This document shows positions 58,581-64,000 of a DNA stretch of 64,000 nucleotides, one piece after another. Under the pieces are notes generated by a model. The model was given only the letters and a program-made list of their open reading frames with translations, ran no database searches and was not told where the DNA came from. The stretch is from contig CAWFLN010000008.1 in NCBI GenBank assembly GCA_963816755.1, positions 325,855-389,854 on the forward strand, given 5' to 3'. Positions within the stretch are counted from its first letter, which is position 1. The number at the start of each line of letters is the position of its first letter. Both the position numbers and the translations under genes were made by a program. This DNA comes from an uncultured Solirubrobacterales bacterium (GTDB lineage: Bacteria > Actinomycetota > Thermoleophilia > Solirubrobacterales > 70-9).

Positions 58581-58637
58581 CCCCATCGCGTGGTTCCTTT
58601 GGGACCAGATACGTCCCAAAGGAACCACGCGATGGGG
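58581..58637 (-). terminator. 24-bp perfect hairpin directly after the thiolase stop (I-shaped terminator or REP-like element)
   Basis: ccccatcgcgtggttcctttggga (58581-58604), a 9-nt loop, then tcccaaaggaaccacgcgatgggg (58614-58637). There is no U-tract on the transcribed strand. Confidence 0.4.
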
Positions 58638-58640
58638 GAC

Positions 58641-59840
58641 TTAGACGGCTTCGAAGACGGTCGCTAGGCCCTGGCCGACGCCGACGCACATGGTGGCGAT
58701 GCCGTACCTGCCGCCGCGGCGGCGCAGCTCGCGGATGAGGGTGCCGGTGAGGCGGGCGCCGGAGCAGCCGAGAGGGTGGCCGAGGGCAATCGCGCCGCCG
58801 TTGACGTTGAGGCGCTCCTCGTCGATGCCGAGCTGACGGGCGCTGGCAAGGACCTGGGAGGCAAAGGCCTCGTTGAGCTCGATCAGGTCGATCTGCTCGA
58901 TGGTGAGGCCGGCGGCGGCGAGGGCACGGGGGACCGCCGCGACCGGACCGACCCCCATGTAGGCGGGGTCGACGCCGGCGACGCCGAAGCAGACGATCCT
59001 GGCCAGCGGGTCGGCGCCGAGCGCTCGCGCGCCCTCCTCGGAGGCGATCAGCAGGCAGGCGGCGCCGTCGTTGAGGGTCGAGGCGTTGCCGGCGGTGACG
59101 GTGCCACCCTCGCGGAAGACGGGCCGGAGCTTCGCCAGCTTCTCGGCCGACGCATCTGAACGGGGCCCCTCGTCGGCGGCGACGGTCACCACCTCGCGGC
59201 CCTGTGGGGCCTCGATCGGGACGATCTCCTCGGCCAGCTTGCCGGCCTTGGCGGCGGCGACGGCGCGCCGGTGGCTGCGCAGCGCGAAGGCGTCCTGGTC
59301 CTCGCGGCTGATCGCGTAGCGCTCGGCGACGTTCTCGCCGGTCTCGCCCATCGACTCGGTGCAGACGCCGAGCTCGGCCATGCGCGGGTTGATCATCCGC
59401 CAGCCCAGGGTCGTGTCGTGCATCGTCTGCGGCCCGCGGGGGAGGGCGCGCTCGGGCTTCTCGACCACCCACGGCGCCCGGCTCATCGACTCGACCCCGC
59501 CGGCCAGGTAGAAGTCGCCCTCGCCGAGCTTCACGGCCCGGGCGGCGGCGTTGATCGCCTCCAGGCCCGAGGCGCAGAGCCGGTTGACGGTCGCGCCGGG
59601 GACGCTCGACGGCAGCCCGGCCAGCAACGCCGCCATCCGCGCCACGTCGCGGTTGTCCTCGCCGGACTGGTTGGCGGCACCGAGGTAGACGTCGACGATC
59701 CGCTCGGGGTCGACGCCGGTGCGATCGACCACGGCGCGGATCGTGTGTGCCGCGAGGTCGTCGGGGCGGACGCCGGAAAGGGCGCCCCGGTAGGACCCCA
59801 TCGGGGTCCGGATCGCGTCGACTACGTAGGCCTCGAACAT
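58641..59840 (-). CDS. Acetyl-CoA C-acetyltransferase (thiolase)
   Basis: ATG 59840 is in the frame of ORF 58641..60794. The sequence is [15 protein letters not shown]...[12 protein letters not shown]...[20 protein letters not shown]...CVGVGQG. Confidence 0.9.
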   Translation of the reverse strand: MFEAYVVDAIRTPMGSYRGALSGVRPDDLAAHTIRAVVDRTGVDPERIVDVYLGAANQSGEDNRDVARMAALLAGLPSSVPGATVNRLCASGLEAINAAARAVKLGEGDFYLAGGVESMSRAPWVVEKPERALPRGPQTMHDTTLGWRMINPRMAELGVCTESMGETGENVAERYAISREDQDAFALRSHRRAVAAAKAGKLAEEIVPIEAPQGREVVTVAADEGPRSDASAEKLAKLRPVFREGGTVTAGNASTLNDGAACLLIASEEGARALGADPLARIVCFGVAGVDPAYMGVGPVAAVPRALAAAGLTIEQIDLIELNEAFASQVLASARQLGIDEERLNVNGGAIALGHPLGCSGARLTGTLIRELRRRGGRYGIATMCVGVGQGLATVFEAV

Positions 59841-59864
59841 TGGGAGGAACCGTATCCTTGTCTG

Positions 59865-60158
59865 GTGCTCTACATCCTGGGGACGGTCGGGGTACTGGTG
59901 TTCATGATCGGCGTGCTGCTGCTCGTCGGGCACTTCTATCCCGGTTCCTCGGCCGACCTGGTCGACTGGAAGCCGACCCGCTCGCCCGAAGTCGAGGCGC
60001 AGAACGAAATCGACGACATCCGCCAGATGATGGAAGCGCAGAACGAGATGCGCCGCCGCCGCGGCGCCCCGGAGATGACCGAAGCCGAGCTGCAGGCCAA
60101 GGTCGCCGAAGACGAGGCGCTGCGGCTGCGCGGCGGTGGCCCGTTCGAGTCCGCCTAG
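59865..60158 (+). CDS. Small N-terminally anchored membrane protein, hypothetical
   Basis: GTG 59865 is in the frame of ORF 59271..60158. The sequence is VLYILGTVGVLVFMIGVLLLVGHFY..., followed by a charged helical tail (EVEAQNEIDDIRQMMEAQNEMRRRRG). Confidence 0.4.
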   Translation: MLYILGTVGVLVFMIGVLLLVGHFYPGSSADLVDWKPTRSPEVEAQNEIDDIRQMMEAQNEMRRRRGAPEMTEAELQAKVAEDEALRLRGGGPFESA

Positions 60159-60166
60159 CCACTCCC

Positions 60167-60709
60167 TTGGCGCGGGCGCTGATAGTCGGTTGTGGCTGCC
60201 GTGGCCGGATGCTGGGGGAGAGTCTCCTGGCCGAGGGCTGGGCGGTGCGCGGGACGAGCCGCAGCGAGGAGGGCCTGGCGCCGATCGAGGCGGCCGGGAT
60301 CGAGGCGGCGCTCGCCGACCCCGACCGGCCCGGCACGTTGCTGGAGCTGGTCGGCGACGTCGCCGTCGTCTTCCTCCTGCTTGGTTCCGCCGAGGGGGAT
60401 CCGGAGACGCTCGCGGCGATCCACGGGCCGCGCCTGGAGCGGCTGTTGGAACATCTGGTCGACACCCCGGTGCGGGGGGTCGCCTACGAGGCGCGCGGCA
60501 GCGTCGATCCCGCCCTGCTCGAGGCCGGCGCGGAGATCGTTCGGACCGCTTCGCGCACCTGGCGGATCCCGGTGGAGATCCTCGGCGATGAAGGCCTGCC
60601 AGCTCCGCGAGGCGGGCGCAGTGGGACCCCGAACGACGCCGATGAGTGGTCTCAGAGGATGGTCGATGTGGCTCTGGGCCTGCTCTCGCCGGGCGGGCAA
60701 AGCAAATAG
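60167..60709 (+). CDS. Short NAD(P)-binding Rossmann-like protein, hypothetical
   Basis: TTG 60167 is in the frame of ORF 59747..60709. The sequence is ALIVGCGCRGRMLGESLLAEGWAVRGTSR..., a GxGxxG-type beginning. Confidence 0.45.
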   Translation: MARALIVGCGCRGRMLGESLLAEGWAVRGTSRSEEGLAPIEAAGIEAALADPDRPGTLLELVGDVAVVFLLLGSAEGDPETLAAIHGPRLERLLEHLVDTPVRGVAYEARGSVDPALLEAGAEIVRTASRTWRIPVEILGDEGLPAPRGGRSGTPNDADEWSQRMVDVALGLLSPGGQSK

Positions 60710-60766
60710 TTAAACTCCGATGGGAATTCAGGTAATAGCCAGAGCGATACACAAAGGAGCGGTTCG

Positions 60767-61435
60767 ATGGCGTTGCAACTTGGTGACATAGCACCAGATT
60801 TCGAGGCCGACACGACCGAGGGCCGGATCAAGTTCCACGACTGGATCGGCGATTCGTGGGCGGTCCTGTTCTCCCACCCGAAGGACTTCACCCCGGTCTG
60901 CACGACCGAGCTTGGCTACATGGCGAAGATCGAGCCCGACTTCGCGAGCCGCAACGTCAAGATCATCGGGCTCTCGGTCGACCCGCTCGACAAACACGAG
61001 GAGTGGGCGAGCGACATCGAGGCGACTCAGGGTACGGCGCCGAATTATCCGATCATCAGCGATGTCGACTTCGAGGTCGCAAAGCTCTATGGGATGCTGC
61101 CGGCCGATGTCTCCGGCGACGCCGCGGACCGCACCCCGGCCGACAACCAGACCGTGCGCAACGTCTTCGTCATCGGTCCCGACAAGAAAATCAAACTCAT
61201 CCTCATCTATCCGATGACGACCGGGCGCAACTTCGACGAGGTCCTGCGCGTGATCGACTCGCTGCAGCTCACCGCCCAGCACAAAGTCGCGACTCCGGCC
61301 CAGTGGCAGCAGGGCGACGACGTGATCATCGCCGGCTCTGTCTCCAACGACCAGGCGAAAGAGATCTACCCGGATGGCTGGGAGGAGCCGCGGCCCTACA
61401 TCCGCATCGTTCCCCAGCCGTCTGAGACGCCGTAA
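60767..61435 (+). CDS. 1-Cys peroxiredoxin (Prx6 subfamily)
   Basis: Intact ORF 60767..61435 reads LGDIAPDFEADTTEGRIKFHDWIGDSWAVLFSHPKDFTPVCTTELG...RNFDEVLRVIDSLQLT. Confidence 0.9.
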   Translation: MALQLGDIAPDFEADTTEGRIKFHDWIGDSWAVLFSHPKDFTPVCTTELGYMAKIEPDFASRNVKIIGLSVDPLDKHEEWASDIEATQGTAPNYPIISDVDFEVAKLYGMLPADVSGDAADRTPADNQTVRNVFVIGPDKKIKLILIYPMTTGRNFDEVLRVIDSLQLTAQHKVATPAQWQQGDDVIIAGSVSNDQAKEIYPDGWEEPRPYIRIVPQPSETP

Positions 61436-61524
61436 CCGGCGTCCGGCGGTGTCCTCGGTCGCTCGCGTGCGGAGCACGCCACGCTCCCTGTGTCCTTGCC
61501 GGACTTGGTTACGCCGTCTCAGAC
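61420..61524 (+). repeat. Family C intergenic repeat, copy C3 (sense to the peroxiredoxin gene)
   Basis: The arms gtctgagacgccgtaacc (61420-61437) and ggttacgccgtctcagac (61507-61524), with one mismatch, overlap the stop codons of both convergent genes. The core gtcctcggtcgctcg...cgctccctgtgtcc is shared with C2 and, inverted, with C1. Confidence 0.65.
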
Positions 61525-62070
61525 CCGATCTAGCAAATGGCTGAGGATCCGTGCGGTGGCTCCCCAGATCAGCTGTCCCTCGACCTCGTAGGTGGGGGTG
61601 TGGATGGGGACGCCGCGGCGGACCAGACGGCGCATCTCGTAGCTCTCCCACAGCAGCTCCAGCGAGAAGGTGAGCACCGTCTCCACCTCGGTCGGGTTGG
61701 GCTCCAGGTTCAACTCGGCCGGAGCGGCGACGAGGCCGACGAAGGGGTGGACCCGGTAGCCGGTGACGAAGGTCGAAACCGGCGGCAGCGCCCCGACCAG
61801 CTCGACCGCTGCCGGATCGAGCCTGATCTCCTCCTGGGCCTCGCGCAGCGCCGTCGCGCTCAGGTCGGCGTCGGCCTCGTCCTGGCGCCCGCCTGGGAAC
61901 GAGATCTCGCCGGCGTGCCGGCGCAGGTCCGCGCGCCGCTCGGTGAAGATCAGCCCCGGCTCGCCGGGCCAGCCGTAGAGGGCGAGCAGCACCGCGGCAT
62001 CGGTGCCACCGCGAGTCTCCATCGCCGCCGCGGCGTTGGCGGTGAGCAGGCGCCGAGCAAGATCTTCCAC
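61519..62070 (-). CDS. NUDIX hydrolase, CoA pyrophosphatase-like
   Basis: Intact ORF 61519..62070 has the Nudix box GEISFPGGRQDEADADLSATALREAQEEIRL. Confidence 0.75.
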   Translation of the reverse strand: MEDLARRLLTANAAAAMETRGGTDAAVLLALYGWPGEPGLIFTERRADLRRHAGEISFPGGRQDEADADLSATALREAQEEIRLDPAAVELVGALPPVSTFVTGYRVHPFVGLVAAPAELNLEPNPTEVETVLTFSLELLWESYEMRRLVRRGVPIHTPTYEVEGQLIWGATARILSHLLDRV

Positions 62071-62144
62071 GGCAGAATCATCCAGGACCGCTGCTCCTCT
62101 TGCCCTTGGTCGCCGTGTGGGCGACTAAAGGCAAGAGGAGAGGG

Positions 62145-62957
62145 CTAGATGATCACCTGGACGGTGCCTCCGTCCACGGACCAGGCGGCGCCCGATACGT
62201 AGGAGGCGCGGTCGGAGCAGAGGAAGACGATCGCGGCGGCGATCTCGGCCGGGTCGGCGAGGCGGCCGATCGGGCGCTTGGCGCCGGCGGCCTCGAGGGC
62301 CTCCTCGCGGCTGGCCGCGCCCGAGATCGCCTGCGACTGGTCGAGCAGGCCACCCGGATCCATCCACATCTCCGATTCGGCCGGGCCGGGGCAGATCGCG
62401 TTGACGAGGACGCCCTGCTTGGCGTAGCGGTCGGCGAAGAGGCGGGAGAGCGAGAGCTCGGCGGCCTTGGCGACCGAGTACTCCGGCATCGAGGCGGAGG
62501 GGCGCTTACCGGCGGTCGAGCAGACGTTGACGACGCGGCCCCAGCCGCGCTCGGCCATCGCCGGGGCGGCGGCGCGCATCGCCCGCAGCGGCGCCATCAC
62601 GTTGAGCTCGTACTGGGCGCGCCAGTCCTCGTCGGGGACGTCGTCGAGGTCGCGCCAGCTGGCGGCGCCGGCGTTGTTGACGAGGACGTCGAGGGCGCCG
62701 AAATACTCGGTGGCGGTTGCCAGCAGGCGTTCGCCGGCGTCGACGGCGGTGACGTCGATGGCCAGCACCGCGGCCCGGCCACCGACCTTCGCCCCGGCTC
62801 CGTCGGCCTCCTCCTGAACCTCGCGCAGCCGCTCCTCGCCGCGGGCGACGAGCAGCACGCTGGCGCCCTCGGCGCAGAGCCCGATCGCGGTCTCGCGGCC
62901 GATGCCGCGGCTGGCACCGGTGACGGCGCAGGCGCGCCCGGCCAGGCCGAGGTCCAT
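62145..62957 (-). CDS. Short-chain dehydrogenase/reductase (SDR)
   Basis: Intact ORF 62145..62957 reads VTGASRGIGRE...NNAG...YSVAKAA... Confidence 0.85.
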   Translation of the reverse strand: MDLGLAGRACAVTGASRGIGRETAIGLCAEGASVLLVARGEERLREVQEEADGAGAKVGGRAAVLAIDVTAVDAGERLLATATEYFGALDVLVNNAGAASWRDLDDVPDEDWRAQYELNVMAPLRAMRAAAPAMAERGWGRVVNVCSTAGKRPSASMPEYSVAKAAELSLSRLFADRYAKQGVLVNAICPGPAESEMWMDPGGLLDQSQAISGAASREEALEAAGAKRPIGRLADPAEIAAAIVFLCSDRASYVSGAAWSVDGGTVQVII

Positions 62958-63356
62958 CTAGAGCGTCTCGACCCGATCGGAGATCGCGATCGAGGTCTCG
63001 CTGGCCAGCACCTTGTGCACCGGGCACTTGGCGGCGATCTTCAGCAGCTGCTGGCGTTGGCCCTCCTCGAGGCTGTTCGGCAGCCGCAGGACCACCTCGA
63101 AGGCGGCCGGCGCCAGGCCCTCGGAGGCGAAGTCGACCTCGACCTCGAGCGGGCCGAGGTCCCAGCCCTTGCGCTCCGCGTAGAGCTCCAGGGTGATCGC
63201 CGTGCAGCCGGCGAGGCTGGCGGCGAGCAGCTGGGTCGGGCTGGGGCCGCTGTCGGTGCCGCCGGCCGCGGCCGGCTCGTCGACGACGATCTCGTGCCCG
63301 CCCTCGATCTCGACGTCGTGGGCGAGCCCCGCGTCGCGGCGGGCGACGACCTTCAT
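62958..63356 (-). CDS. OsmC/Ohr family peroxiredoxin-like protein
   Basis: Intact ORF 62958..63356 reads ...GPSPTQLLAASLAGCTAITL...IAAKCPVHKVL... Confidence 0.8.
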   Translation of the reverse strand: MKVVARRDAGLAHDVEIEGGHEIVVDEPAAAGGTDSGPSPTQLLAASLAGCTAITLELYAERKGWDLGPLEVEVDFASEGLAPAAFEVVLRLPNSLEEGQRQQLLKIAAKCPVHKVLASETSIAISDRVETL

Positions 63357-63925
63357 GGCTGATCCTTGCCGCGGCCCTGGAAGAGGGCTGGGTCGTCGAC
63401 GTCTGCGAAGCGGGCCATCGCGTAAGCGAGGTCGGAGGCGCGGTTGACGAAGTGGATCACGGTCTCGCCGTTCAGCTCACCGGCCTCGGCGAGGGCGGAG
63501 ATGTGGCGCTCGGCGCGGCGGATCACGGTGCGGGCGACGTCGAGCTGGGCCGAGAGCCGGTTGCCGCCGGGGATGACGAACTTGGGGGGCAGGTCGACCT
63601 CGGCCATGTAGCGGTCGATCAGGCGCTCCAGCTCGGCGACCATCGCCTCGGTGGTGCGGCTGACTCCGTCTTCGAGGCGCTCGGCCGCCTCCGGCGCGGT
63701 CGCCAGCTCGGCGCCGGCGACGAAGAGGTCGTCCTGGAGGCGAAGGACGTCGGCTGCGAGCTCCGCCTGCTCGGCACCGCAGAGGGCGCGGGCGACGCCG
63801 AGCTCCGAGCAGGCCTCGTCGAGCGAGCCGTAGGCCTCGGTGCGGCCGTGGTGCTTGGGGACGCGGCCGCCGTACCAGAGCGAGGTGGTCCCGTCGTCGC
63901 CCTTCTTGGTGTAGATCTTGACCAC
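63353..63925 (-). CDS. ATP:cob(I)alamin adenosyltransferase, PduO type
   Basis: Intact ORF 63353..63925 reads IYTKKGDDGTTSL...DDLFVAGAELA...FVIPGG...LDVARTVIRRAER... It overlaps the OsmC gene start (ATGA). Confidence 0.85.
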   Translation of the reverse strand: MVKIYTKKGDDGTTSLWYGGRVPKHHGRTEAYGSLDEACSELGVARALCGAEQAELAADVLRLQDDLFVAGAELATAPEAAERLEDGVSRTTEAMVAELERLIDRYMAEVDLPPKFVIPGGNRLSAQLDVARTVIRRAERHISALAEAGELNGETVIHFVNRASDLAYAMARFADVDDPALFQGRGKDQP

Positions 63926-64000
63926 TGGACGGTCATCCTACGCGGGGGCGGCGGCCGTTCGTGATTCGAGCTACCGGACCGGGTTGAAGGCGATGCCGGT

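Noticed and set aside
63971-64000. A possible 3' end of a further minus-strand gene at the window edge (…TGIAFNPVR-stop).
   Set aside because: Only 9 codons are visible, so neither the reading frame nor a product can be supported.

Overview
Very GC-rich, densely coding chromosomal segment with Actinobacteria-like core synteny: rph-rdgB, tldD-pmbA, hup, pyrF, guaB3-guaA, rplM-rpsI-glmM-glmS, alr, cca, infA, ctaC-ctaD-X-ctaE, ctaA, ctaB, trxB and a beta-oxidation cluster. I recognise about 75 protein-coding genes. I found no rRNA, tRNA, CRISPR array, transposase, integrase or phage genes. Non-coding features are a cyclic-di-AMP (ydaO-type) riboswitch upstream of an M23 peptidase gene and three families of intergenic long-stem hairpin repeats. 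These repeats always sit in sense orientation behind the 3' end of a gene. Families A and B occur as inverted pairs. The most interesting locus is 47571..50945 on the minus strand. It holds intact paralogues of heme-copper oxidase subunits II and I. The subunit I copy has lost five of the six canonical His metal ligands, and the subunit II copy has lost its CuA site. Both sit directly upstream of the heme O synthase gene ctaB on the same strand, while a canonical A2-type oxidase is encoded at 38048..42259. That canonical operon carries an unusual tandem USP-like gene between ctaD and ctaE. Other points of interest are a GxGD (presenilin-like) membrane protein, a 51-aa mini-ORF ahead of an amidase/ABC-2/GH63-like gene string, and a long acidic extension on ribosomal protein S9. 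Data quality caveat: about two dozen genes, including essential ones, need single-base frame corrections. Almost all of these lie between about 13.3 and 38.5 kb, which looks like assembly or sequencing error rather than biology. Coordinates of frameshifted genes are whole-gene spans reconstructed by joining ORF-track fragments.
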